A DNA stretch of 64,000 nt from Bifidobacterium breve (GTDB lineage Bacteria; Actinomycetota; Actinomycetes; S36-B12; UBA5976): the NCBI GenBank assembly GCA_945866135.1, contig CAMBGF010000001.1, positions 24,805-88,804 on the forward strand. Reading direction: 5' to 3'. Of this stretch, positions 32,734 to 41,880 are shown in pieces. The position numbers and the translations under genes were made by a program. Numbering within the stretch: position 1 is the first letter of the stretch; each line of letters opens with the position of its first letter. Below the pieces are notes generated by a model that ran no database searches, was not told where the DNA came from, and saw only the letters and a program-made list of their open reading frames with translations.

Positions 32734-35576
32734 CAGTAGTTTCAGATCCACGCGGCACTATGCCAATGCGATCAGGAATTGGTGAAGCTGATTATGGAAC
32801 ACCCAAATCGGATTCAGATGTTCTGGTAAACGTCACTATTGATGGCCAGTCCCATTTAGTTCCGCTTGGAACGTCAATCATGCGAGCAGCCGGGGAAGCT
32901 GGTTGTGACATTCCAAAGCTTTGCGCCACTGATTCATTGCAACCATTTGGATCCTGCCGAATGTGCCTTGTCGAAATTGATGGTCGAAAAGGAACTCCAG
33001 CTTCCTGCACCACACCTGTCGAAGAAGGAATGGTAGTTCGCACTCAGACTGCAAAAGTTGCAAAACTTCGTAAAGGCATGATGGAGCTTTACATTTCAGA
33101 TCACCCGCTCGATTGCCTCACTTGCTCAGCAAATGGCGATTGCGAACTCCAGGATATGGCTGGGGTATCAGGACTTCGCGAAGTTCGTTACGGCATAGGC
33201 AAAAATCATCTTGATGCACCAACGGATTCCTCGAATCCTTATTTCTCATTTGATGAGAGTAAATGCATTGTCTGTAATCGCTGCGTTCGCGCGTGCGACG
33301 AAGTACAAGGCACTCTTGCCCTAACTATTGAAGGACGTGGCTTTAATTCAAAGGTAAGTCCAGGTGGCTTGAACTTTTTATCTAGTGAATGTGTATCTTG
33401 TGGAGCTTGTGTGCAAGCTTGTCCGACTGCAACATTGCAAGAAAAATCTGTAATTGATTTAGGTATGCCAACTAGGACTGTTGAAACTACTTGTGCCTAC
33501 TGTGGCGTCGGTTGCTCATTCAATGCTGAGCTACGCGGTGATGAATTGATTCGAATGGTTCCAACAAAAACCGGTGGAGCTAATGAAGGTCACAGTTGCG
33601 TAAAAGGTCGATTTGCTTGGGGATACGCCTCACACAGTGACCGCGTAACCACACCAATGATGCGCGAGAAAATTACCGATGAATGGCGCGTAGTTTCTTG
33701 GGATGAAGCGATCCAATTCACAGCCACAAAGTTCAAGGCAATTCAAGAAAAATATGGTGACAATAGCATCGGCGGTATTTCGTCATCACGTTGTACTAAT
33801 GAGGAAATTTTCGTTGTCCAGAAAATGGTTCGTGCTGCTTTTGGCAATAACAACATTGATACTTGTGCGCGCGTGTGCCACTCACCAACGGGCTATGGCT
33901 TAAGTACCACGTTTGGCACCTCAGCTGGCACTCAAGACTTTAAATCAGTTGCTCACTCAGATGTGATCGTTGTGATTGGAGCAAATCCAACTGATGCGCA
34001 TCCAGTATTTGCTTCGCGCATGAAGCGACGAATTCGGGCTGGGGCGAAGTTAATTGTGATTGATCCGCGCAAGATTGATCTCGTGGAATCTGCTCACATC
34101 AAAGCTGATTTCCACTTACCACTACAGCCCGGAACTAATGTGGCAGTAATCAACGCAATTGCACATGTAATTGCAACTGAAGGTTTAATTGATGAAGAAT
34201 TCGTAGCGCAGCGCTGCGATCCAGGTCAGTTCAAGCGCTGGCGCGCATTTATTGAACTTCCCGAAAACAGCCCAGAAGTAGTTTCCGCGCAATCTGGAGT
34301 TCCGGCGCAATTGATTCGCGAAGCTGCTCGGATGTATGCCGCTGGTAATAACGCAGCAATTTATTACGGTCTGGGCGTCACTGAGCATTCCCAGGGTTCA
34401 ACCATGGTTATGGGTATGGCCAACTTAGCCATGGCAACTGGAAACATTGGGCGCGAAGGAGTTGGCATCATTCCATTGCGCGGCCAAAACAATGTGCAAG
34501 GCGCTTGCGATATGGGTTCTTTCCCGCACGAACTTTCGGGTTATCGACATGTTTCTGACAATGCAGTCCGTGAACAATTCGAAATGTTGTGGGACGTAAA
34601 GCTGTTACCAGATCCTGGAATGCGCATCCCAAATATGTTTGACAACGCTATTTCCGGAGAATTCCGCGGCGTATTTGTGCATGGCGAAGATATTGCGCAA
34701 TCGGATCCAAACGTTAAACATGTTCACCGGGCTCTTGAATCGATGGATCTTGTCGTCGTGCAAGATTTATTCCTGAACGAAACCTCAAAGTTTGCGCATG
34801 TTTTCTTGCCAGGAACTTCCTTCTTAGAAAAAGATGGCACCTTTACTAACGCTGAGCGTCGTATTAATCGAGTCCGTCCAGTTATGGCGGCTCGCAACGG
34901 TAAGCAAGAGTGGCAGATTGTTTGTGAAATCGCGCAAGCCATGGGTTATGACATGCACTACGACAATGCTGCACAGATTATGGATGAGATTGCGCAAATC
35001 ACTCCAACTTTTAAGGGCGTGAGTTTTGCCATGCTTGACCAGGTTGGTAGCGTGCAATGGCCATGCAATGACGCCGCTCCAACTGGCACACCAATTATGC
35101 ACATTGATAATTTCGTTCGTGGCCAAGGTCAGTTCATGGAAACGCCTTTTGTTCCTACCGAAGAACGTTCAAATCGTAAGTTCCCACTTTTACTTACTAC
35201 TGGTCGAATCTTGAGCCAGTACAACGTAGGCGCGCAAACTCGTCGTACTAAGAACACCACATGGCACACGCAAGATTTACTCGAGATTCATGAGGCGGAC
35301 GCAGCTATGCGAGGGATCGTGGATGGGCAGAAAATCGCAATCACAAGTCGCATTGGCGAAACGATTTTGACTGCTCATGTTACCCAGCGAGTCCCAGCAG
35401 GTGTGGTTCACACAACTTTTCACCACCCGCAAAGTGGTGCAAATGTTATTACGACAGAATTCTCGGATTGGGCAACCAATTGTCCTGAGTATAAAGTGAC
35501 GGCTGTTGAAATTCGTCCCGCAGAATCTAGTGCGCCTGCAACCAATACCCTCGATGAAGTGCTGACAAAGGTCTAG
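32730..35576 (+). CDS. fdsA: NAD-dependent formate dehydrogenase alpha subunit (Mo-bisPGD, Cys type)
   Basis: N-terminal Fe-S motifs, CAYCGVGC, active site CARVCH, LRGQNNVQG, CPEYK. Confidence 0.96.
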   Translation: MTVVSDPRGTMPMRSGIGEADYGTPKSDSDVLVNVTIDGQSHLVPLGTSIMRAAGEAGCDIPKLCATDSLQPFGSCRMCLVEIDGRKGTPASCTTPVEEGMVVRTQTAKVAKLRKGMMELYISDHPLDCLTCSANGDCELQDMAGVSGLREVRYGIGKNHLDAPTDSSNPYFSFDESKCIVCNRCVRACDEVQGTLALTIEGRGFNSKVSPGGLNFLSSECVSCGACVQACPTATLQEKSVIDLGMPTRTVETTCAYCGVGCSFNAELRGDELIRMVPTKTGGANEGHSCVKGRFAWGYASHSDRVTTPMMREKITDEWRVVSWDEAIQFTATKFKAIQEKYGDNSIGGISSSRCTNEEIFVVQKMVRAAFGNNNIDTCARVCHSPTGYGLSTTFGTSAGTQDFKSVAHSDVIVVIGANPTDAHPVFASRMKRRIRAGAKLIVIDPRKIDLVESAHIKADFHLPLQPGTNVAVINAIAHVIATEGLIDEEFVAQRCDPGQFKRWRAFIELPENSPEVVSAQSGVPAQLIREAARMYAAGNNAAIYYGLGVTEHSQGSTMVMGMANLAMATGNIGREGVGIIPLRGQNNVQGACDMGSFPHELSGYRHVSDNAVREQFEMLWDVKLLPDPGMRIPNMFDNAISGEFRGVFVHGEDIAQSDPNVKHVHRALESMDLVVVQDLFLNETSKFAHVFLPGTSFLEKDGTFTNAERRINRVRPVMAARNGKQEWQIVCEIAQAMGYDMHYDNAAQIMDEIAQITPTFKGVSFAMLDQVGSVQWPCNDAAPTGTPIMHIDNFVRGQGQFMETPFVPTEERSNRKFPLLLTTGRILSQYNVGAQTRRTKNTTWHTQDLLEIHEADAAMRGIVDGQKIAITSRIGETILTAHVTQRVPAGVVHTTFHHPQSGANVITTEFSDWATNCPEYKVTAVEIRPAESSAPATNTLDEVLTKV

Positions 35577-35578
35577 TA

Positions 35579-35794
35579 ATGGATGTCACAATACTAACTC
35601 GAATGGCCGAGCAAATTGAACTTAATATTCCTGTCCATGAAGACACTTACCTAAGAATTTCAGAGCACTTAGTGAAATTCTGGACACCACAAATGCGCAC
35701 AGATTTTTATCAGCAAGTAACGAAAAACCGAAAAGATTTCAGCGCAACATTAAATAAAGTTGTTGATGAACTTCGAGCGAAAGCTAATGCTTAA
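35579..35794 (+). CDS. fdsD: Formate dehydrogenase delta subunit
   Basis: MAEQI...HLVKFWTPQMR pattern; directly after fdsA. Confidence 0.85.
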   Translation: MDVTILTRMAEQIELNIPVHEDTYLRISEHLVKFWTPQMRTDFYQQVTKNRKDFSATLNKVVDELRAKANA

Positions 35795-36963
35795 TTAATT
35801 CGCCAAGGCAATGGCAAGATTCGAATTAAAGTTCCAGCAGGATTTTCGCCAGGAGAAATTACCGCTAAACCCTCCGCATGAGAGAGTCCACGTAACATAG
35901 CGGAACCTCGGAATTCGGTAAGTTGCGCTTTGCCGGAACTAAGCACTATCGGCACCACGCGCGTTCTTTCACATGGATAATCCAGTTCAAGTTGCGTTTT
36001 TGTCATGCGGTAATTTTCTTGCCCGGTAAGCCCGCGAAGTGCTGGGGCAACAATCGTTAAAAAACTAACCAGGGCAGCAAGTGGATTACCGGGAAGGCCA
36101 GCAACTAACTGGCCGCTGGGTAATCTTGCGAGCAGGCTGGGATGTCCAGGTCGCATGAAAATTTCATCGATGATGTTAGTGGCTTTTAATTCCATAAGCG
36201 CCGTTCGCAAATAGTCGCGCTCACCATGAGCGCTGCCGCCAGTTACCACAATAATTTCGCCTGTACTTTCAGAAATTAAATTCTTAAGCTGAGCCAGATC
36301 ATCAGGACAGTTAATGCTAGAACTCACATTTGCACCAAGATATTCAACCCAGGAAGAAACTTGGATAGTAAGCGAATCGCGAATCTGACCAAGTTCAGGC
36401 GTGCCACTTGAGACAAGTTCACTTCCAGTCACGATTATCGCTACCGCTGGCTTTTCATAGACTAAAACCTCATCGATTTGAGAACTAGTGGCCAGACCCA
36501 TTACGGCAGGAGTTAGGAGCGTTCCTGCGGCAGCAATAATTTCGCCGGCTTCAGCTTCGTCGCCAGGTGTGCGAATGTGCTGGCCGAGTGTGAATGAATT
36601 TTTACTAGCTACTGATCCATCGAACAGACTTGCTAATTCGCTAGGAATCACAAACGAACAGTGCGGCGGTAAATGTGCACCTGTACTTACTTTCAGTGCG
36701 CACCCAGAATCCAAGTAGGGCAAATAGCTCCCAGCATGTAGTTCTCCGACGATGTTCCATGGCCCAGGTCCAAATACTGCGTAGCCATCCATCATCGAAG
36801 TGTGAGCCGGTGGCAATGAGATTTGGGAAACTAGAGATTCAGCTAAAACTTGATTTAGTGCCTGTGCCAAGGGAATCGAGATTGCAGACTTAGTAACCAC
36901 AGATTGGCTGCTTAGGGCAACCGCTGAATCCCAATCCACATTGTGATTATTGTCCCCAGTCAT
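35791..36963 (-). CDS. moeA: Molybdopterin molybdotransferase
   Basis: SMMDGYA, TGSEL, TGGSAHG..D, MRPG, LPGNP; leaderless -10 TAGATT supports start at 36963. Confidence 0.9.
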   Translation of the reverse strand: MTGDNNHNVDWDSAVALSSQSVVTKSAISIPLAQALNQVLAESLVSQISLPPAHTSMMDGYAVFGPGPWNIVGELHAGSYLPYLDSGCALKVSTGAHLPPHCSFVIPSELASLFDGSVASKNSFTLGQHIRTPGDEAEAGEIIAAAGTLLTPAVMGLATSSQIDEVLVYEKPAVAIIVTGSELVSSGTPELGQIRDSLTIQVSSWVEYLGANVSSSINCPDDLAQLKNLISESTGEIIVVTGGSAHGERDYLRTALMELKATNIIDEIFMRPGHPSLLARLPSGQLVAGLPGNPLAALVSFLTIVAPALRGLTGQENYRMTKTQLELDYPCERTRVVPIVLSSGKAQLTEFRGSAMLRGLSHAEGLAVISPGENPAGTLIRILPLPWRIN

Positions 36964-37002
36964 AGACATAATCTACCGAACCCATGCCATGCTTTAGACC
37001 TG

Positions 37003-37824
37003 ATGAACAACGTTGACTCAATAATTGTTGCTGGTGGTAGCGCCTCGCGACTGAGCGGAATCGATAAGGCGTTGTTGCCATTTGGGTCAGCCGGCAACAC
37101 ATTGCTAGTTGATGCAGTAGCCGCTTGTCCAGGCCGAGTTCTCGTTGTGGGTTTACCTCGCGACATTGCCGTGGCAGTAATCGCGCGCGTGACATGGGTT
37201 TCTGATTTAAATCCAGGCGGTGGTCCAGCTGCGGGAATCTGGTCAGGCCTAGAACACGTGAACACAGAATATGTTTTTATTTCAGCTGGTGATCAAACTC
37301 TGGACTCAGAAACAGTGACGGCAATTATCGAAGCAGCCGCAGGAAATGACGGCGCTTGGGCTATTCGCGAAGATGGCCTAGGGCAACCACTTTGTGCCTG
37401 TGTCAGAACGCAATCACTTAGGGAAATGCTTGCACCCACGCAAGGGATAAACCTTTCACCACTTCGGTTACTTTCGACTTTGAATATGGTCGGCGTTAGT
37501 GTGAAGCCAGGACAGGTTACAGATTTTGATACTTGGGCAGATGTAACTAGAGCGGTTAAGCGGAGTGAAGCAATGGATCAGATTACGCAAATGTGGTTAG
37601 CTCGGGTTGCTGCGATATTAGAAGTGGATCAACATGGACTCCCAGTTGCGCAACTTCTTGACTTAACCCGCGAAGTTGCCCACGGCGTCGAACGTAAGTC
37701 CGCCCCGCTAACTACTTATCTTCTCGGTTACGCCGCAGGGAAAAAGTCTTTAACATCAGCCGAAGTTACCGATCTACTTAGCCACGTTTCCAAAGCAGTG
37801 CAGGAATGGGAAAGCGTTGAATAG
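37003..37824 (+). CDS. MobA-like NTP transferase fused to a C-terminal DUF6457-like domain
   Basis: IIVAGGSASRLSGIDKA, GGGPAAG, DFDTW; C-terminal LLDLTREVAHGVERKSAPLTTYLLGYAAG. Confidence 0.8.
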   Translation: MNNVDSIIVAGGSASRLSGIDKALLPFGSAGNTLLVDAVAACPGRVLVVGLPRDIAVAVIARVTWVSDLNPGGGPAAGIWSGLEHVNTEYVFISAGDQTLDSETVTAIIEAAAGNDGAWAIREDGLGQPLCACVRTQSLREMLAPTQGINLSPLRLLSTLNMVGVSVKPGQVTDFDTWADVTRAVKRSEAMDQITQMWLARVAAILEVDQHGLPVAQLLDLTREVAHGVERKSAPLTTYLLGYAAGKKSLTSAEVTDLLSHVSKAVQEWESVE

Positions 37825-38647
37825 CGACGAACCAATTTCAGCAACGCAACGTATTCAGGTTTCTAAAACTGACAGCGATGCGAGCGTAAGCGATCATGTC
37901 GTTGGGGAAGAGCCGCTTGAAATTCGGATTGACGGCGGGGCAGGGTTACAACAACTTGCAATCACAATGCGAACACCAGGTGCGGACATCGAATTAGGTG
38001 CAGGTTTTTTGTGGTCTGAAGGTTTACTAAGAAACCGAGAAGATTTAATTGGAATCACAACGTGTAAAGACAAAGAACTATCGCCACGAGAACAAGAAAA
38101 TGTAATTGTCGCAAGAGTTGTGGCCGATGCGCCCGCAGTCACGCGAACAATGGAGCGAAGATTCACCATTTCAAGTGCTTGTGGTGTTTGTGGTTCAACA
38201 CATATTCATGATCTGCGTGAGCGTGGATGTAAAAATGTGTCTGCACCTGGATTAAGTGACGATGAACTAGCAAAGCTTCCCGAGCTAATGCGTCCTAAGC
38301 AAAAAATATTTGATAAAACCGGTGGCCTCCATGCTGCTGGATTATTTGATCCGTCCGGAAGTTTAATTGTTGTTCGTGAAGATGTTGGTCGCCATAATGC
38401 AGTGGACAAAGTTATTGGTTACGCCTTAATGCATGACATGTTGCCGCTAGCTGGGCATTCATTGGCAATTTCTGGCCGTGGTGGTTTTGAAATAATTCAA
38501 AAAGCAATCGCAGCTCAAATCTCAGCAGTGGTGGCAGTGTCGGCGCCTACTTCATTAGCTGTTGAAACCGCGCGCGAATTTGGTTTGACCCTACTTGGCT
38601 TTACTCGAAATGGGTCAGCGACAAAATATTCTCCTTATTCGCAATAA
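37817..38647 (+). CDS. fdhD: Formate dehydrogenase accessory sulfurtransferase
   Basis: EEPLEIR, TMRTPG, SACGVCG, TGGLHAA, EDVGRHNAVDK. Confidence 0.96.
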   Translation: MNSDEPISATQRIQVSKTDSDASVSDHVVGEEPLEIRIDGGAGLQQLAITMRTPGADIELGAGFLWSEGLLRNREDLIGITTCKDKELSPREQENVIVARVVADAPAVTRTMERRFTISSACGVCGSTHIHDLRERGCKNVSAPGLSDDELAKLPELMRPKQKIFDKTGGLHAAGLFDPSGSLIVVREDVGRHNAVDKVIGYALMHDMLPLAGHSLAISGRGGFEIIQKAIAAQISAVVAVSAPTSLAVETAREFGLTLLGFTRNGSATKYSPYSQ

Positions 38648-38655
38648 AGGATCCC

Positions 38656-39309
38656 TCAGCAGGTGCATTTTCCAATGCACTCACAATCATCACAAACTAA
38701 CTCGCCAGACCAGGCCTCTCGGCCTTCCATGATGGCAAAACCGGCAATAACTAAACTGGCAACACTGTCTAGCCACGCCCATCCAAATAAATAAAACGAA
38801 ACCAAGCCAGCCAAGGTTGAAACAGATAGCCAGGCGCATAGTCGTGTCTCTTTCGCATCTGCGATTAGGAGTATAGATCCGATCTGCTTTCCGGTTTTCA
38901 ATTTTAGATTTGCTAAAAATGGCATTATCAGTACCGAAAGCAAGGTGAGCGCAATTCCTACTTCACTGACTTCGGGTGTACTGCCATAAACGAGATTTCT
39001 AACACTTGAAACGCTGACATAAATAGCCAATACGAAAAAAGTAACGCCAATTAATTTAAGCGCCCTGCGCTCTTTTGTCTCATCAAATTCACCTCCATAA
39101 AATTGAGCTCGAAGTCGTGTTAATACAAGTGCAGCAGCGAAAACTTCGATTCCAGAGTCGACGCCAAATCCAATGAGTGAGACGTAACTTGCAATTAATC
39201 CAGCAGTAATTGCTATTACGCCTTCAAAGACGTTGTAAAAAATTGTGAATTGCTCTAAGCGAATGCCGCGGACTTGAAGTCTGGCGTCACTTTTTGCAAT
39301 TGTGGCCAT
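38656..39309 (-). CDS. Cation efflux (CDF-like) membrane protein with Cys-rich tail
   Basis: YNVFEG, GFGVDS.IE, ADAKET.LC, W.W.D; ends in CDDCECIGKCTC. Confidence 0.8.
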   Translation of the reverse strand: MATIAKSDARLQVRGIRLEQFTIFYNVFEGVIAITAGLIASYVSLIGFGVDSGIEVFAAALVLTRLRAQFYGGEFDETKERRALKLIGVTFFVLAIYVSVSSVRNLVYGSTPEVSEVGIALTLLSVLIMPFLANLKLKTGKQIGSILLIADAKETRLCAWLSVSTLAGLVSFYLFGWAWLDSVASLVIAGFAIMEGREAWSGELVCDDCECIGKCTC

Positions 39310-39357
39310 GTCACAAAATCTAGCAGTGCAGGGGCGCTGAAGTGATCAGCTATCCCA

Positions 39358-39394
39358 TGGGGTGAGTGACGGGACTTAAACCCGCGGCGTCCTG
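39358..39394 (-). repeat. 37-bp direct repeat of the tRNA-His 3' half (att-like)
   Basis: 36/37 identical to 39429-39465, including the CCA end. Confidence 0.92.
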
Positions 39395-39428
39395 CCGCGT
39401 TCGCTCGCAGAACGCGCGGGTTTTTACT

Positions 39429-39505
39429 TGGGGTGAGTGACGGGACTTGAACCCGCGGCGTCCTGGACCACAACCAGGTGCTCTACCAGCTGAGCTACAC
39501 CCACC
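39429..39505 (-). tRNA. tRNA-His (GUG)
   Basis: Acceptor GTGGGTG/CACTCAC with G-1, anticodon arm CCTGG-TTGTGGT-CCAGG, T loop GTTCAAG, CCA end. Confidence 0.96.
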
Positions 39506-39567
39506 ATGTTGCTTCAGATTTCTCTGTCGACAACAAATCCCATTCTATTCAGGGAAGTTGCATGGGG

Positions 39568-40179
39568 CTAATTTGGTGTGTGACGAGCTGCTATCTCTTT
39601 TGCTTTTGATCCATCAGGTCCAGGCAGTTCCACGAATACGGCTTCGCGATAGTACTTCAACTCGTTTATCGAGTCCAAGATGTCACCGAGTGCTCGGTGG
39701 TTACCAGTTTTTGGAGGGCTAGCAAAGTAAGCCTTGGGATACCAACGTCGAGCCAATTCTTTAACGCTGGAAACGTCAATGATTCGATAATGCAAATAAG
39801 AATCTATCCGCGGCATATCGCGTTGTAAGAAAATTCGATCCACGTGAACACTGGATCCGGCAAGCGGTGCTTTACTTGCCTCAGGAATGTGGGAAGTGAT
39901 GTAGTCAAAGAGCAATTCTTCAGCAGCGTCTAGCGTCACACCGTTTGGAATTTCTGGCAATAGACCAGATTCAGTGTGCATATTAACGACGAAGGGATCC
40001 ATCGCTTCTAGGCGTTCGGCTGGGGCTTGGATAACAATGTTTAAACCTTCAGTTACCGGCTCAAGTTGGGCATTAGTAATGACACAGGCAATTTCAACTA
40101 ACAAATCATTTTTAAAATCTAAGCCAGTCATTTCGCAGTCAATCCAAACGATGCGGTCAGATTCGATGTTTTCACCCAT
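39568..40179 (-). CDS. orn: Oligoribonuclease (start moved to 40179)
   Basis: VWIDCEMTGL, MHTESGL, HYRIIDVSS, HRALGDI. Confidence 0.96.
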   Translation of the reverse strand: MGENIESDRIVWIDCEMTGLDFKNDLLVEIACVITNAQLEPVTEGLNIVIQAPAERLEAMDPFVVNMHTESGLLPEIPNGVTLDAAEELLFDYITSHIPEASKAPLAGSSVHVDRIFLQRDMPRIDSYLHYRIIDVSSVKELARRWYPKAYFASPPKTGNHRALGDILDSINELKYYREAVFVELPGPDGSKAKEIAARHTPN

Positions 40180-40255
40180 TCCCCAAGGGTATTGGAGAGT
40201 AAATTGGGAAGTCGCCTGCGGGGGCAAAGTAAGTAAATGTCATAGAGTCGGATAC

Positions 40256-40468
40256 ATGAAAGGTACTGCCAAATTTATGATGCGCGCTGCTATCGCGCTA
40301 ATGCTTGCCGCGCTTGGATGTGTTGTTGCCTTCGCAGCGATTGGCTCATCTGTGGCAGAAGACGGAAGGCTCGTTGAACCCTTTTTTCTGATTCCGATTG
40401 CATGGTTACTGGCTCTAACAGGCGCAATACTGGCAATTGCAACGTTTATCGTTAGACGCACTAAGTAA
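40256..40468 (+). CDS. Small membrane protein, DUF3955-like
   Basis: Two TM segments around V.EDG.LVEPFFLIPI; -10 TAGAGT 7 nt upstream of ATG. Confidence 0.7.
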   Translation: MKGTAKFMMRAAIALMLAALGCVVAFAAIGSSVAEDGRLVEPFFLIPIAWLLALTGAILAIATFIVRRTK

Positions 40469-40512
40469 CGTACTGCAACATAATCGTGATTCACAAAGGT
40501 TAAACTAAGAAC

Positions 40513-41529
40513 ATGACACGTTATGGCACCATGTTTGGACCGAATATTACGTTCTTAGGCGTCGACGAGTGTGATGTTAACTCTCCCGAGACTTACGCAG
40601 ATGCTGATGTAGTCATTGTTGGTGCACCTTTTGACGGTGGCACAAGTTATCGATCAGGCGCTCGGTTTGGTCCAAAGGCAATGCGCGAAACCTGCTATTC
40701 CGAGCATGATGGTTCGCGGCCCAGTATGGCAATGCGGGTTGATGGTTTAAAGGACCTTCGCGTATATGACATGGGCGATGTCGAAATGTTCTCGGGTGAC
40801 GCTGCTAAATCATGTGCGAGCTTGGAAAAAGTTATTGAAACTATCGCAGCCTCAGGTGCTATTCCATTAGTACTCGGCGGCGACCATACTGTGACCTGGC
40901 CAAACGTGACTGGTGTGGCTCGCGGGGCCGACATGTGGGGACGTATTGGCGTAATTCATTTTGATGCGCACGCAGACACCGGCGACATCCAGTTCGGATC
41001 TTTGATTGGGCATGGCCAGCCAATGCGATTGCTTCTGGAGAGCGGCGCGGTTCGCGGCGATCGTTTCATCCAAGTTGGACTTCGAGGATATTGGCCACCA
41101 CCAGAAACTTTGGACTGGATGGCTACTCAAGGTATGCGCGCATATGAGATGACTGAGATTACTCATCGCGGCCTAAAGGAATGCATTGATGAAGCAATTT
41201 CGATCGCACTCACAGATTGCGATGCGATTTACTTGAGCGTTGACATCGATGTTGTTGACCCTGGCTCAGCACCAGGAACTGGCACGCCAGAACCAGGTGG
41301 CTTAAGTTCGCGCGATTTGCTCGACACTGTCCGGCGCATGGCCTATGAACTTCCAATCGTTGGTGTTGATGTAGTCGAAGTTAGCCCGCCTTATGATCAC
41401 GCCGACATCACTGCCATTTTGGGTAATCGCGTAGTGCTTGAAGTGCTTTCTGGAATGGCTCGCCGACGTAAAGATGCCCGCGATGGCACTACTTGGAATC
41501 CGGGTCAACCATTACTTGATGGTCGCTAG
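40513..41529 (+). CDS. speB: Agmatinase/ureohydrolase family protein
   Basis: GARFGP, LGGDH, DAHAD, DIDVVDP..APGTGTP. Confidence 0.85.
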   Translation: MTRYGTMFGPNITFLGVDECDVNSPETYADADVVIVGAPFDGGTSYRSGARFGPKAMRETCYSEHDGSRPSMAMRVDGLKDLRVYDMGDVEMFSGDAAKSCASLEKVIETIAASGAIPLVLGGDHTVTWPNVTGVARGADMWGRIGVIHFDAHADTGDIQFGSLIGHGQPMRLLLESGAVRGDRFIQVGLRGYWPPPETLDWMATQGMRAYEMTEITHRGLKECIDEAISIALTDCDAIYLSVDIDVVDPGSAPGTGTPEPGGLSSRDLLDTVRRMAYELPIVGVDVVEVSPPYDHADITAILGNRVVLEVLSGMARRRKDARDGTTWNPGQPLLDGR

Positions 41530-41554
41530 CGCTATAGTTCTAGTATAGTAACAT

Positions 41555-41583
41555 TTGACGTTATTAACGCTAGGCGTTATTAT
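41555..41583 (+). promoter_or_regulatory. SigA-type promoter of higBA with operator palindrome
   Basis: TTGACG-17 bp-TATTAT; TAACGC-TAG-GCGTTA at 41565-41579. Confidence 0.8.
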
Positions 41584-41589
41584 AAAAAA

Positions 41590-41871
41590 GTGATCACTTC
41601 TTTTGCTGACAAAGGAACAGAATTGGTCGCAACTGGTTATCGAGTGGCTAGATACGCATTCATTGAGTCAACACTTCGCCGCAAGCTTGCGTTACTGGAG
41701 ATTGCAGGACAACTTAGTGACTTAAGAGTGCCTCCAGGGAATCATCTAGAAAAACTCAAGGGTGACTGGGCTGGGTTTCACAGCATTCGAGTAAATGATC
41801 AGTGGCGCCTTTGCTTTAAGTGGACCAGCCAGGGGCCAGCAGAAGTCCAGCTAGTGGACTATCACAGATAA
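41590..41871 (+). CDS. higB: HigB toxin (RelE/ParE family)
   Basis: DLRVPPGNHLEKLKGD, SIRVNDQWRLCF, VDYH. Confidence 0.94.
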   Translation: MITSFADKGTELVATGYRVARYAFIESTLRRKLALLEIAGQLSDLRVPPGNHLEKLKGDWAGFHSIRVNDQWRLCFKWTSQGPAEVQLVDYHR

Positions 41872-41880
41872 GGATCGCAA

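Noticed and set aside
22995..35576. Pyrrolysine in the MttB homologue or selenocysteine in FdsA
   Set aside because: Both frames are uninterrupted; FdsA has Cys in CARVCH
21331..35794. Autotrophic Wood-Ljungdahl pathway
   Set aside because: No CODH/ACS or corrinoid Fe-S protein genes in the window; O2-dependent oxidases and FdsGBAD favour the oxidative direction
4996..39394. Whole C1 cluster as a delimited mobile element
   Set aside because: No integrase, transposase, distal att repeat or obvious compositional shift seen
39358..39505. Second tRNA or CRISPR-like repeat-spacer unit
   Set aside because: The copy lacks D and anticodon arms; only two repeats, both tRNA-derived, and no cas genes
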